Source: an uncultured Deferribacteres bacterium
Lineage (GTDB): Bacteria; Zhuqueibacterota; Zhuqueibacteria; Zhuqueibacterales; Geothermadaptataceae
Assembly (NCBI GenBank): GCA_964014485.1
Contig: CAXHAT010000044.1
Span: 1-44,440 of the forward strand
DNA: 44,440 nt
Direction: 5' to 3'
The notes under the pieces were generated by a model that saw only the letters and a program-made list of their open reading frames with translations, searched no databases and was not told the origin of the DNA. Positions 26,005 to 35,523 of this stretch are shown in pieces (position 1 is the first letter of the stretch; the number at the start of each line of letters is the position of its first letter). The translations under genes and the position numbers were made by a program.

Positions 26005-26799
26005 TTATCTCAGGAGCCTTTCTCTGTCTTCCATGCCTCGAATAGCGGCGAAGACGAGTCCGAGACTTGCCGCCAAATAGCCAATCTTGTTCTGCCACGT
26101 CCAGATTTGCCATGTTTCCGGATCGATGCGTCGAGGCGGATCAAACGGGTTGAAAAACAGCATGAACCGGTGCAGGTTGGCGTCTTCCAGAGGCTCCTGG
26201 AACATGAGAAAAAGAAAAACAAAGAGCCCGGCAACCATCCCCGCGGCCAGCCCGCTGCGAAAGCGCGTTGCAAAATACAGCGTTAAGTTGCCGATAAAAA
26301 TCCCCGGGATGAACATATAAAACCCGGTCATGAAAATCTGCATTTCGGTGAACGTAAAAAAGGCCACGGCGCTTATGAAGACAGACAGTCCAAAGAGCAC
26401 AAGAGAAAGACAGGCGGATTTGATTAACCAGACTTTGTAACGCGAACCTGCGGTCGTGAACATAATTTCCAGCGTTCGATTTTCTTTTTCTGAGGTGACT
26501 AATTGCATATTCAGGAAAATCGAAAAGATGAGCACCGGAAAAATGAGAATGTAAATGATGTCTTCCTGGTCTAAACGCCCCCGCATGTCCTCGTTATAAT
26601 TTATCGCATACATGAGCGCCAAATACGCGGCGACGCCGACCATAAACCAGATAAATTTGTGGGAAAAAATGAGCGTGGATTGCAGCTTAAAAACCTGCCA
26701 GCCGACCTTGACTCGCTCCAGCACGGGAATTTGCGAAAAGCTCTGATGGATCGCGCCCTTTTGTGAAGCGACGACGTCTCTTAATTCAATTTTGCTCAT
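26005..26799 (-). CDS. Membrane protein, ABC-2 permease-like
   Basis: About 6 TM segments and an EKENRTLE motif; ATG at 26799 preferred as start. Confidence 0.7.
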   Translation of the reverse strand: MSKIELRDVVASQKGAIHQSFSQIPVLERVKVGWQVFKLQSTLIFSHKFIWFMVGVAAYLALMYAINYNEDMRGRLDQEDIIYILIFPVLIFSIFLNMQLVTSEKENRTLEIMFTTAGSRYKVWLIKSACLSLVLFGLSVFISAVAFFTFTEMQIFMTGFYMFIPGIFIGNLTLYFATRFRSGLAAGMVAGLFVFLFLMFQEPLEDANLHRFMLFFNPFDPPRRIDPETWQIWTWQNKIGYLAASLGLVFAAIRGMEDRERLLR

Positions 26800-27084
26800 G
26801 TTTTCTGTTTTCCTGAGAGATTCCAAAGCTTGTGAGTGGCTTACTGACGTGCGAAGCCGGAATAGAGTTTCGGCTTTTTTGATCTAACAACAGCGGTGCG
26901 TTTCCCCCAAAAACGGTGTTAAAAAGTGATGAAAACCAGCTTTTTCTGAAACCGGGTCATCTCAACTTCGCTTTTTTGATTAGAGCGCCCATTGTCTCGC
27001 AGCAGCTAAGTCCGGCAGAACCGGAGTTGGAAATCTGTGTGTTCAAATTGAAAACACCAACGAAACCGCCGCAACAATTCCCGC

Positions 27085-28506
27085 TCACTTTTCTTGCCAC
27101 TTTTTAGCGGCTGCATTTCCCTGCCAGGCGTAATCTATCGCTTCTCCAAGAATGCGTGCGGCTTCCTGAGGTGCATGAAATCCCATGGAGTTTTCCGCGG
27201 CGATGAAATCGAGCCGCCATTGCGCCTTGCGTTGGAAATCGAGCGCTTCTTTGAGATCAGCCTCGGTCGCTCCCTCGGCTTTTGCCGCAATGATTGCATC
27301 GAGCTGCGCCATCAAAGCAGCGCCGGCGCGTTGCAGCAAATCAAAGTTGCGCTGCTGGATGGCGTCAACCCGCTGTTTGATTTCCTCCTCGGAGAATCGA
27401 TGACAAGTCTGGCAGGAACGGTTCACATTGAGCAGAGGACTGCGAACCCAGTGATCCGATATTTTACTCGCGCCGTCCCGCATATAAGGCATGTGGCAAT
27501 CGGCGCAGGACACGCCGCTGCGCGCATGAATTCCCTGACTCCAGAGTTCGAATTCCGGATGCTGAGCTTTGAGTATTTTGGCTCCGGTTTCCGTGTGCGT
27601 GTAATCGACAAATGGAGCGCCGTTATTGAAGACGGTCTCGTCCCAAAACTTTTCCACTTCTTCGACTTTGAGCCCATTGCCCCAGGGAAAAGTCAATTTC
27701 ATATCGCTGCCGCAGTAGTATTCCACGTGACATTGTCCGCAAACAAAGGAACGCATTTCGGATCGGCTGGCAAATCTATTGGGATCGTAAGGCTCCTCTC
27801 GCGAGCCTTCGCGCCACTGTTCAATCGAAGGCAGGTGCGGCGTGGGCGCATCAGATTCAGCCAGCGCCTGGATTCCTTGAATAAAACCGGGTCTCGTGAC
27901 GCGGATTTCCATGTTTTCGGGCGAGTGACAATCGACGCAAGACACAGGATGAGCTTGCCCGGCGTCCTTCAGTTTTTGATTCAAATCCTTGTAGGAATAC
28001 TTGTAAGATTCTTCAAAGCCTTTGACGGCGTCGCCGTTGCCGAGTTCTTTGTACAACGGCATAACCGAGGCATGACAATGCAGGCAAGAGCCAGACTGCG
28101 GCTTGGTCTGACGCAAGGTTTGCTCCTGGTCTTCGAGCATGTATGCATGACCCCGCCTGTCACGATAATCGATTGAAAAAGCGTAGCCGAGGAACATCCG
28201 TTTGAGCCAGGGATCGCGTTCGATTTTTTGTTCGGGCAGAGCCTCGCTGCCGCCGTGCCCGCCAAAACGCGTTCGCGTGGCGACGGCGGTTTTTTGATAG
28301 CTGTCGTATTGTCGCGGCCAGTTGGCTTTCCACTTTTCCGGATCAGTGTCCGACTCCGTCACGTCGACAAGACGCACGTAGAGGTTTTCACCCTCTGATT
28401 TGCGTTCGAAAATATTCACGAGCAAAGCCGTTAAACCGGCGCCGACGAGTGCGGCAATAATGATAATAACGACTATGCCTGCATAACCTTGCTTGTTAAA
28501 ACCCAT
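27085..28506 (-). CDS. nrfA: Ammonia-forming cytochrome c nitrite reductase catalytic subunit
   Basis: Five haem motifs ([29 protein letters not shown]); [13 protein letters not shown] and ENSMGFHAP motifs. Confidence 0.95.
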   Translation of the reverse strand: MGFNKQGYAGIVVIIIIAALVGAGLTALLVNIFERKSEGENLYVRLVDVTESDTDPEKWKANWPRQYDSYQKTAVATRTRFGGHGGSEALPEQKIERDPWLKRMFLGYAFSIDYRDRRGHAYMLEDQEQTLRQTKPQSGSCLHCHASVMPLYKELGNGDAVKGFEESYKYSYKDLNQKLKDAGQAHPVSCVDCHSPENMEIRVTRPGFIQGIQALAESDAPTPHLPSIEQWREGSREEPYDPNRFASRSEMRSFVCGQCHVEYYCGSDMKLTFPWGNGLKVEEVEKFWDETVFNNGAPFVDYTHTETGAKILKAQHPEFELWSQGIHARSGVSCADCHMPYMRDGASKISDHWVRSPLLNVNRSCQTCHRFSEEEIKQRVDAIQQRNFDLLQRAGAALMAQLDAIIAAKAEGATEADLKEALDFQRKAQWRLDFIAAENSMGFHAPQEAARILGEAIDYAWQGNAAAKKWQEK

Positions 28507-28509
28507 TGT

Positions 28510-29004
28510 TCAAAATGCTCCTTTTTCATCAGGCCTCGGCGGTCCGCCAAGGCTTAAAGATTCGCCATGCCCAACGCCGCGATGGCAATGGACGCAATTG
28601 TTTGCGTCCGCGCCTGAGACGCTGCCGTGCATCAGGTTCGCAACCATGTTATTGTGACACGTGATGCAGTTCTCTTGAAGGATTCGGCTGTTTTTCTGGG
28701 TGATTAAAATCGGCTCGTGAAAGTTTTGCAGCGTGAAAGCTTTGGAATGATTGTAACCGTTCTCCGCCTTCGCGATGTATTTGCTGATGAAGCCATGGGG
28801 CAAATGGCAGTCGACGCAGGCTGCCGCCGTGTGGTGGCTCGCCTTCTGCCATGAATCGAATTGCGGTTTCATGATGTGACAGTTCATGCACGCCTTCGGA
28901 TCTGTACTAAAATAGGAAAGCCCCTCGCCGTAATAAAACGTGAAGCCGCCAAGACCGATCAACAGCCCGAGCATAATAGCCGCAAATGTTCTATTTTTAT
29001 TCAT
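28510..29004 (-). CDS. nrfH: Cytochrome c nitrite reductase small subunit
   Basis: N-terminal TM helix, four CxxCH motifs, CHRGVGH ending, adjacent to nrfA. Confidence 0.93.
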   Translation of the reverse strand: MNKNRTFAAIMLGLLIGLGGFTFYYGEGLSYFSTDPKACMNCHIMKPQFDSWQKASHHTAAACVDCHLPHGFISKYIAKAENGYNHSKAFTLQNFHEPILITQKNSRILQENCITCHNNMVANLMHGSVSGADANNCVHCHRGVGHGESLSLGGPPRPDEKGAF

Positions 29005-29353
29005 GCGAATATTGAGGTTCCGTGGATTGTCCCGAGTTATTTTGCTCGGATCGTTCTCTTTCTCGTTTGCGTTTTTTTCGTTCTTCTTGCTTCCGGCGGC
29101 GATCCTTGACGATTTGTTCGATTGATTTGACTTGATCCGGTTGGCTCTTCTTAAACCGCTTCAAATACAATTTTTCAATGTATTGCGGCAACGGCAATTT
29201 CCACGGCTCTTGCTGGTGATTTGCTAATTTGCCGAACTTTTTGGGATTCAAGCCAAGCTCGCGCGCCATCTGGATTTGCGCATGTGACAGATGGAATCGT
29301 TTTCTCGCATCAATCCAGACGCGGAGTTTGTTTGGTATAAACTTTTTGGCCAC
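28997..29353 (-). CDS. Small basic conserved hypothetical protein
   Basis: [36 protein letters not shown] pattern; GTG start 3 bp after the stop of the livG 3' copy. Confidence 0.75.
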   Translation of the reverse strand: MAKKFIPNKLRVWIDARKRFHLSHAQIQMARELGLNPKKFGKLANHQQEPWKLPLPQYIEKLYLKRFKKSQPDQVKSIEQIVKDRRRKQEERKKRKRERERSEQNNSGQSTEPQYSHE

Positions 29354-29356
29354 TTT

Positions 29357-29506
29357 TTACTCTTCTCCCAAATACGCCTTAATCACCTCAGGATGCTCCG
29401 CGACTTCTTTGCCGAGGCCTACCGTCAGCTTCTTGCCGAAATCGATGGCGAGCGTGCGGTCGGAGATGTCCATGACCATTTGCATGTCGTGTTCGATCAT
29501 GATGAC
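29357..29506 (-). pseudogene. Orphan copy of the last 49 codons plus stop of the livG-type gene
   Basis: VIMIEHDMQMVMDISDRTLAIDFGKKLTVGLGKEVAEHPEVIKAYLGEE* compared with 30417-30566; 46 of 49 aa identical. Confidence 0.92.
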
Positions 29507-29584
29507 GAAATTTAGAACTTTTGAAGATTTCTTATTTTCCTTGTTTTTTTCTTGCTTTTTTAACTTTCATAAACAAGATTATGA

Positions 29585-29651
29585 ACAATCCACAAGAGTG
29601 GAGGTGGATGGTTTTTACCATCGGGGCCCCGAACAGGGGCCTTTTCTTTTT
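29585..29651 (+). ncRNA. Candidate DUF3800-associated small RNA (three hairpins, ending in an intrinsic terminator)
   Basis: TCCAC-AAGA-GTGGA, GATGGT-TTTT-ACCATC, GGCCCC-GAACA-GGGGCC then TTTTCTTTTT, abutting the DUF3800 stop on the opposite strand. Confidence 0.6.
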
Positions 29652-30420
29652 ATAGAAGCTTCTTGCCAAATATCCGATTTCCTTCCTTATAATATTTCGT
29701 TTTCAAAATCTCGATAATTCTTTGGGCAAAGGGAGCAACATCTCGATGAAGCAGGTCATTGTTTTTCAAAATCTCGTTCCGGCTTGGATGGGCAAGAATA
29801 TCCGCTATCTGCAAGCCGGAAACATTGTTTTTCTTTGATTTTATTTTGAGTTGCTTGCTCGTCAAGGCTTTTTGCATCCTTTCCGAGCTTACGTAGTCGG
29901 TTCCATTCTTCCAAAGTTTTAAAAAAGAATCTTTGAGTCGTCTGTCTTCTTTACCGCCCCTTGATTCCGCCATAACATCCCCAACAACGCTCCTTTTTTC
30001 CAGGAAGAACAGATAGCGTTCGAGTAAAACCGCTAAACAATAATGATATGGATCATAGCGCCAAACGGTGTAGGTTTCCCGATGCTTTTTCTTATCAAGG
30101 CAAACGGATATTACAGTGTAGTCCCATTTTATCAAATGAGCGACCAAATCTTCATCGAACTGTCGTCGAGTTCTTTCATGGTTCAGGGCTTCAAAAGGGT
30201 GCTTTGCATTGAGCAGTTCTTTGCGATGAAATATGGCAGGGTCATCGGGATGAGAATTGAAATATTTGGATTTTAATGCCTCGAGTTCGGGATGAAGAGT
30301 GAGTCTAACGTAATTCAAATCGAAAATCACACCCGTCAAGCTCAGGAAACGATGATTCGGATCGCTGGAACTTTTCAAATCCGGGTTGCCGACTTCATCA
30401 ATGTAAACTCTGTATTTCAT
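29650..30420 (-). CDS. DUF3800 domain protein (RNase H-like acidic motifs)
   Basis: N-terminal YIDEVG, FHRKEL, AESRGGKED and GLQIADILA motifs; AT-rich; start overlaps the livG stop (ATGA). Confidence 0.85.
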   Translation of the reverse strand: MKYRVYIDEVGNPDLKSSSDPNHRFLSLTGVIFDLNYVRLTLHPELEALKSKYFNSHPDDPAIFHRKELLNAKHPFEALNHERTRRQFDEDLVAHLIKWDYTVISVCLDKKKHRETYTVWRYDPYHYCLAVLLERYLFFLEKRSVVGDVMAESRGGKEDRRLKDSFLKLWKNGTDYVSSERMQKALTSKQLKIKSKKNNVSGLQIADILAHPSRNEILKNNDLLHRDVAPFAQRIIEILKTKYYKEGNRIFGKKLL

Positions 30421-31196
30421 TCTTCCCCCAAATATGCCTTGATTACCTCAGGATGCTCCGCGACTTCTTTGCCCGGACCTTCCGTAAGTTTTTTGCCGAA
30501 ATCAATCGCGAGCACGCGGTCGGAAATATCCATGACCATTTGCATGTCGTGTTCGATCATAATCACGGTCACGCCGAGTTCATCGCGGATGTCTTTGATG
30601 TGAAAATACAAGTCTTGCCGCTCTTCGTTGTTCATCCCGGCAAAAGGTTCGTCGAGCAGAAGCAGTTTTGGCTCCAGCGCCAGCGCACGACCGAGTTCGA
30701 TCAGCTTTTGCGTTCCATATGGCAGGCCGCCGACGTATTTATCACGCGCGGATTGTAGATCAAGAAAATCGATAATCTCTTCAATTTTGCGACGATGCGC
30801 GATTTCTTCCCGCGCCGCTTTGGAAGAAAACGAACGCCATTTATAAAGCAATGTGCCGTTGAAAATATTCGTTTTCATATGCAAATGACGACCAAGCAGC
30901 AAATTATCCATCGTCGTCATGTAAGAAAAAAGCTCGATGTTCTGGAACGTGCGCGCCACGCCGCGCTGTGCAACTTCATGGGCTTTGAGGCCGACCAAGC
31001 TCTCGTTTTGGAATGAAATATCCCCTGCATTCGGTGCATAGATGCCGCTGATACAATTGTAAATTGTTGTTTTCCCTGCGCCGTTTGGCCCAATGATCGA
31101 AAAAACCATTCCTTGATCAACGGCAAAGGAAAGATCGTCGATGGCGACAAGCCCGCCGAATTTGCGCGTCAAATTTTTGACTTCGAAAAACGCCAT
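30417..31196 (-). CDS. livG: Branched-chain amino acid-type ABC transporter ATP-binding protein (LivG-like)
   Basis: GPNGAGKT, ARTFQN, LPYG, LLLDEP, IEHD and AYLG motifs. Confidence 0.9.
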   Translation of the reverse strand: MAFFEVKNLTRKFGGLVAIDDLSFAVDQGMVFSIIGPNGAGKTTIYNCISGIYAPNAGDISFQNESLVGLKAHEVAQRGVARTFQNIELFSYMTTMDNLLLGRHLHMKTNIFNGTLLYKWRSFSSKAAREEIAHRRKIEEIIDFLDLQSARDKYVGGLPYGTQKLIELGRALALEPKLLLLDEPFAGMNNEERQDLYFHIKDIRDELGVTVIMIEHDMQMVMDISDRVLAIDFGKKLTEGPGKEVAEHPEVIKAYLGEE

Positions 31197-32068
31197 CAGA
31201 CTTTTCTCTCATAGTGTTTGCTGAAAAGTCCGCTGGGACGGAACCACAAAACGATGACGATAACCAGAAACGCGACGACGGATTTAAATTCGAGCGACAC
31301 ATACGCTCCAAACAGATTTTCTACGATTCCCAATAAATAGCCCCCGAGAACTGCGCCAACCAACGTAGTCATCCCGCCTAGCACGGCTGCGGCAAAGCCT
31401 TTGATCAGCGGATCCCACATCAAATTAGGATCGAGCGTAGCAATCGGCGCAAACAAGATGGCCGCCACCGCGCCAATGAACGAACTGATCGCCCAGGTGA
31501 GCGACATAATCCGCTTCGTGCGAACGCCGTTGATGCGCGCCGCCATGGTGTTTTGCTGAGTGGCCTTCATCGCAACGCCGGCTTTGGTGTAACGGAAAAA
31601 GAGATAGAGCATGAGCATGAGAACCAAAGCGATCAGCATCGTGGTCAGGTTCAAAACGCTCATCACAACCGGGCCAATTTCAATAATCTCGCTGTCGGAG
31701 ATCGGAAAAGGAAAGTCTTTTTGCTCCGCGCCCCACTTCCATCCCGCCAGACCGTGCAGCATCAATTGCAAGCCCAAAGTGATGATAATGAAATCCAGAA
31801 CCGACGGGTCTTTTGCACGCCGCAGAAACAAAAATTCCACGCCCGCCCCCAGAGCAACCGCAAAAACCAGGGCCAGCACCAATGAAAGCGCGACGGGCAT
31901 TTCGTAAGTGGCGAGCATCATGTAGGCGATGTAAGTCGTAATCATGCCCATTTCGCCTTGCGCAAAGTTCGGCATTTCCGAAGCTTTGTAAATCATCACC
32001 ATCGCCAGCGCCATCAGTGCGTACAAACTGCCGATGGCAAGACCGTTGATCAGAAGTTGGGAAAACAT
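31196..32068 (-). CDS. livH: Branched-chain amino acid-type ABC permease (LivH-like)
   Basis: NGLAIGSLYAL, NFAQG and AAVLGG motifs; ATG at 32068 preferred as start. Confidence 0.9.
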   Translation of the reverse strand: MFSQLLINGLAIGSLYALMALAMVMIYKASEMPNFAQGEMGMITTYIAYMMLATYEMPVALSLVLALVFAVALGAGVEFLFLRRAKDPSVLDFIIITLGLQLMLHGLAGWKWGAEQKDFPFPISDSEIIEIGPVVMSVLNLTTMLIALVLMLMLYLFFRYTKAGVAMKATQQNTMAARINGVRTKRIMSLTWAISSFIGAVAAILFAPIATLDPNLMWDPLIKGFAAAVLGGMTTLVGAVLGGYLLGIVENLFGAYVSLEFKSVVAFLVIVIVLWFRPSGLFSKHYERKV

Positions 32069-32323
32069 TGAACTATCTGGGTTACATTGAGCCGTGCAGA
32101 GAAAAGGCGTTTTTAGTAAAACGGCGTTTGTGAGACAATCAAAACTATACCAAAGCGCCGTCAAACTTTATGACAGGCGGCGGGCTGCAAAATCATTTGG
32201 GCCGGTAAACATTCATCACAATCCGCTTTGCGAGAACCGGCGAAGTTCGTATCATCCAGCTTGAAAAAACGCGATTCCATATCGCTCATTTTATAAGAAC
32301 AATAGTCGCTGAAGAGAAATACA

Positions 32324-33523
32324 TTGCAGAATCTAAGGTTTTACACAGCGGGAGAATCGCACGGGCAAGGTCTGACAGGCATTCTTGAAGGCATGCCCGC
32401 TAACACACCGATATCCGTCGCTGAAATTGATCACCAACTTTACCGACGACAGCAGGGGTATGGTCGCGGCGGCAGAATGAAAATTGAGAAAGACGCCGCC
32501 AAAATTCTTTCCGGCGTGCGTTTCGGGCTGACAATGGGCGGGCCGATCAGTCTGTTTATTGAAAACAAAGATTGGAAGAATTGGGAAAAACGGATGGCGG
32601 TGGAAGGCGATAACATCGAGCCGCGTCCGGTGCATGTGCCGCGTCCGGGCCATGCCGATCTTGCAGGAGCCACAAAGTACAACCAGAATGATATTCGCAA
32701 TATTCTGGAGCGCGCTTCGGCGCGAGAGACGACCACGCGCGTTGCACTTGGCGCCATTGCCCGGCAATTCCTCGAACGTTTGGGAATCGGCGTTGCGAGC
32801 CACGTCGTGCAGATGGTTGACGTGCGATCCAAATATTCGCTGGTTGACCAAGGCAAGCCAGACTTCAATCTCGATTTGACCAAGTTGAATGAACTTGCAG
32901 ACGCTTCTCCCGTTCGGTGCCTCGATCCTGAAGCTGAAAAAGGCATGATGGCGTTAATTGATCAAGCCAAAAAAGAACGCGACACCGTCGGCGGAATCTT
33001 TGAAGTTGTTGCCTATAATGTGCCGATTGGCTTGGGCAGCCACGTGCACTGGGATCGCAAGCTCGACGCGCGCATCGCCTACGCCATGATGAGCATTCAG
33101 GCGATGAAGGCCGTCGAAATCGGCGACGGAATCGGCGGCGCCTGCCGATTCGGCTCCCAGGTGCATGATGAAATTTATTATCAGAAAGACAAGAACCAGT
33201 ATTTTCGCAAACAAAATCATGCCGGCGGACTGGAAGGCGGCGTCACTAACGGGATGCCTCTGGTGGTGCGGGTCGCGATGAAGCCGATTTCCACGCTGAT
33301 GCGGCCGCTGGACTCGGTCAACATGCAAACCAAAGAAGTTACGCCCGCGCACCGTGAACGCTCGGACGTTTGCGCCGTGCCGCCGGCGGCAATCATCGGC
33401 GAAGCCATGCTCGCGCTCGTGCTCGCCGACGCCGTTTTGGAAAAATTTGGCGGCGACGCATTTGAAGAAACCAAGGAGCGTTACGACGCCTGGATTGAAC
33501 GAACGCAAGAGGGCGTTCTTTGA
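32324..33523 (+). CDS. aroC: Chorismate synthase
   Basis: TAGESHG, RPGHAD, RASARET, GGLEGG, KPISTL and RSDVC signatures. Confidence 0.97.
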   Translation: MQNLRFYTAGESHGQGLTGILEGMPANTPISVAEIDHQLYRRQQGYGRGGRMKIEKDAAKILSGVRFGLTMGGPISLFIENKDWKNWEKRMAVEGDNIEPRPVHVPRPGHADLAGATKYNQNDIRNILERASARETTTRVALGAIARQFLERLGIGVASHVVQMVDVRSKYSLVDQGKPDFNLDLTKLNELADASPVRCLDPEAEKGMMALIDQAKKERDTVGGIFEVVAYNVPIGLGSHVHWDRKLDARIAYAMMSIQAMKAVEIGDGIGGACRFGSQVHDEIYYQKDKNQYFRKQNHAGGLEGGVTNGMPLVVRVAMKPISTLMRPLDSVNMQTKEVTPAHRERSDVCAVPPAAIIGEAMLALVLADAVLEKFGGDAFEETKERYDAWIERTQEGVL

Positions 33524-33620
33524 AGAAATGCAAACGGCTTTTGGCTTTTCGCCGTTGGCTGGTTTATAGCGCTTCTCAAAAATAATATCCGATGTTACAG
33601 CAGAAATTTCGGTAAAGGAG

Positions 33621-33712
33621 CAAGCTGAAGCTTGAACTACAAACGACGGTGCTTGCTTCAAGCTCAGATCAAAAACGGAACTGCCGTCGTTTGTAGTTCA
33701 AACTTTAGTTTG
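33621..33712. repeat. REPIN family A copy
   Basis: CAAGCTGAAGCTTGAACTACAAACGAC ... GTCGTTTGTAGTTCAAACTTTAGTTTG. Confidence 0.88.
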
Positions 33713-33785
33713 TTTCCGGAAGCACGAACTTCAGAATTGGACAAAGCTTTTGAGCATCTAAATCGCAATTTACTTTGAGGTAAAA

Positions 33786-34814
33786 ATGAAAGTCGTCACG
33801 TTTGGGGAAATTATGCTGCGTCTCTCACCGCCCGGTTTTTCAAGATTTGTGCAAACCGAAACGCTCGACGCGACCTTTGGCGGCGGAGAAGCCAATGTCG
33901 CGGTCAGCTTGGCGAACTATGGATTTGAGCCGTACTTCGTCAGCAAATTGCCAAAACATGAAATTGGTCAGGCGGCGGTCAACGCTTTGCAGCGCTACGG
34001 CGTTCGCGATAATTACATCGTCCGCGGCGGCGACCGGATTGGGATCTATTTTCTCGAAAACGGGGCCAGCCAGAGACCGTCAAAAGTGATTTATGATCGC
34101 GCCAATTCCGCCGTTTCATCGATGCGGGCGGACGAGCTTGATTGGAACGCCGTTTTTGAAAACGCGCGCTGGTTTCATTGGACGGGCATCACCCCGGCGC
34201 TGGGAGAAACGGCGCAAGCATGCTTACAAGCCGCGTGTGATGCTGCAAAAGCGAACAACGTCACGGTAAGTTGTGATCTCAATTTTCGGAAAAAGCTGTG
34301 GACGGAAGCGCAAGCGCAAGCCGTTATGCAGCCGTTGATGGAGTACGTCGACGTTTGCATTGCGAACGAAGAAGACGCGGAAAAAAGCCTGGGGATGAAG
34401 GCCGGCAGCACTGACGTGTCCTCAGCGCACCTCGACGAGCAGGGATATTTCGAACTAGCCGGAAGGCTAAAACAAAAATATAGTTTTAAAACCGTGGCTA
34501 TCACTTTGCGCGAAAGTTTTTCTGCCTCACGAAACGGCTGGAGCGCCATGATGCTCGATGAAAAAGATTGCGCCCAACCTTACCGTTCCAAACAATACGA
34601 TATTCAAATTGTCGATCGCGTCGGCGGCGGCGACTCTTTTGCAGGAGGACTGATCTACGGCCTGCTCAAAAAACAGAATACGCGCGACGCACTCGAATTC
34701 GCCGTGGCTGCATCCTGCCTCAAACAAACCATTTACGCCGATTTTAATTTGGCGAGTGTTGAAGAAGTGGAAAAACTCGCCGGAGGAAGCGGCTCAGGTC
34801 GCGTTGAACGCTGA
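33786..34814 (+). CDS. kdgK: PfkB sugar kinase, 2-dehydro-3-deoxygluconokinase-like
   Basis: FGEIMLRL, GGGEANVA, DLNFR, NEED and DRVGGGDSF motifs. Confidence 0.85.
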   Translation: MKVVTFGEIMLRLSPPGFSRFVQTETLDATFGGGEANVAVSLANYGFEPYFVSKLPKHEIGQAAVNALQRYGVRDNYIVRGGDRIGIYFLENGASQRPSKVIYDRANSAVSSMRADELDWNAVFENARWFHWTGITPALGETAQACLQAACDAAKANNVTVSCDLNFRKKLWTEAQAQAVMQPLMEYVDVCIANEEDAEKSLGMKAGSTDVSSAHLDEQGYFELAGRLKQKYSFKTVAITLRESFSASRNGWSAMMLDEKDCAQPYRSKQYDIQIVDRVGGGDSFAGGLIYGLLKKQNTRDALEFAVAASCLKQTIYADFNLASVEEVEKLAGGSGSGRVER

Positions 34815-34873
34815 CCTGTTGCCGGTAATGGGCTCCTTCTCTCAACTCAAATTATGTCTAATGTTTGAAAAGC

Positions 34874-35014
34874 GGAGTGCAAGGCTTGCCTTGCTAATTC
34901 GTGTCCCTCCGGAAACATGCACATTTCATCACAATGGTCTCCGTTGTGATGCATACTTGGACGCTCTCCAGCATCACGAGACGAAAATGGAAAGCAAAGC
35001 AAGCTTTGCACTCC
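34874..35014. repeat. REPIN family B copy
   Basis: GGAGTGCAAGGCTTGCCTTGC ... GCAAAGCAAGCTTTGCACTCC. Confidence 0.85.
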
Positions 35015-35066
35015 TTTTTCGCCGTTTTTCAACCTACACTCATTTTTAAAAATCCGTTAAAAAAGC

Positions 35067-35111
35067 TTGACATTGATTACAAGTGTAATATATTTGACCA
35101 CACTTGTAATC
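35067..35111 (+). promoter_or_regulatory. Promoter with two BlaI/MecI/CopY-type operator boxes
   Basis: TTGACA 35067-35072; TACAagTGTA 35078-35087 and CACActTGTA 35099-35108; perfect 12-bp inverted repeat GATTACAAGTGT/ACACTTGTAATC. Confidence 0.85.
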
Positions 35112-35124
35112 AAAGGAGCTTAAG

Positions 35125-35523
35125 ATGGCGGAAAAGCCGAAAATCTCGGAAGCGGAATGGGAAGTGATGAAAATCGTTTGGGCCAAGCCCGCCTCCAATG
35201 CAAAGCAAATTGTCGATGAGTTGGGCGAGAAGAAATCGTGGAACCATCGCACGGTAAAAACTCTGCTTTCCCGCCTGGTAAAAAAAGGCGCGCTGTCATT
35301 TGAGACGGACGGCAATCGCTATCTTTACAAAGCGAATTTTGAAAAAGACGACATTGTCCAGGTCGAAAGTCAATCCTTCGTCAATCGCGTCTTTGACGGA
35401 CTGGCCTTGCCCATGCTGGCGCATTTTGTCAGTTCTTCAAAAATGAGCCAGGAGGAAATTCAGGAGTTGAAACGCATTTTGGAAGCAAAAGAACAAGGCG
35501 GGGATGATGACTCCGCTGATTGA
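35125..35523 (+). CDS. BlaI/MecI/CopY family transcriptional repressor
   Basis: ISEAEWEVMKIVW, TVKTLLSRLVKKG and RVFDG motifs. Confidence 0.95.
   Translation: MAEKPKISEAEWEVMKIVWAKPASNAKQIVDELGEKKSWNHRTVKTLLSRLVKKGALSFETDGNRYLYKANFEKDDIVQVESQSFVNRVFDGLALPMLAHFVSSSKMSQEEIQELKRILEAKEQGGDDDSAD

Noticed and set aside
29229..30758. + strand ORFs 29229-29717, 29291-29515, 30292-30603 and 30453-30758 sharing peptide sequence
   Set aside because: The similarity is just the antisense reading of the livG 3' duplication
33591..33599. GATGTTAC as another MITE end
   Set aside because: Only a partial TIR match, with no partner end or target duplication found
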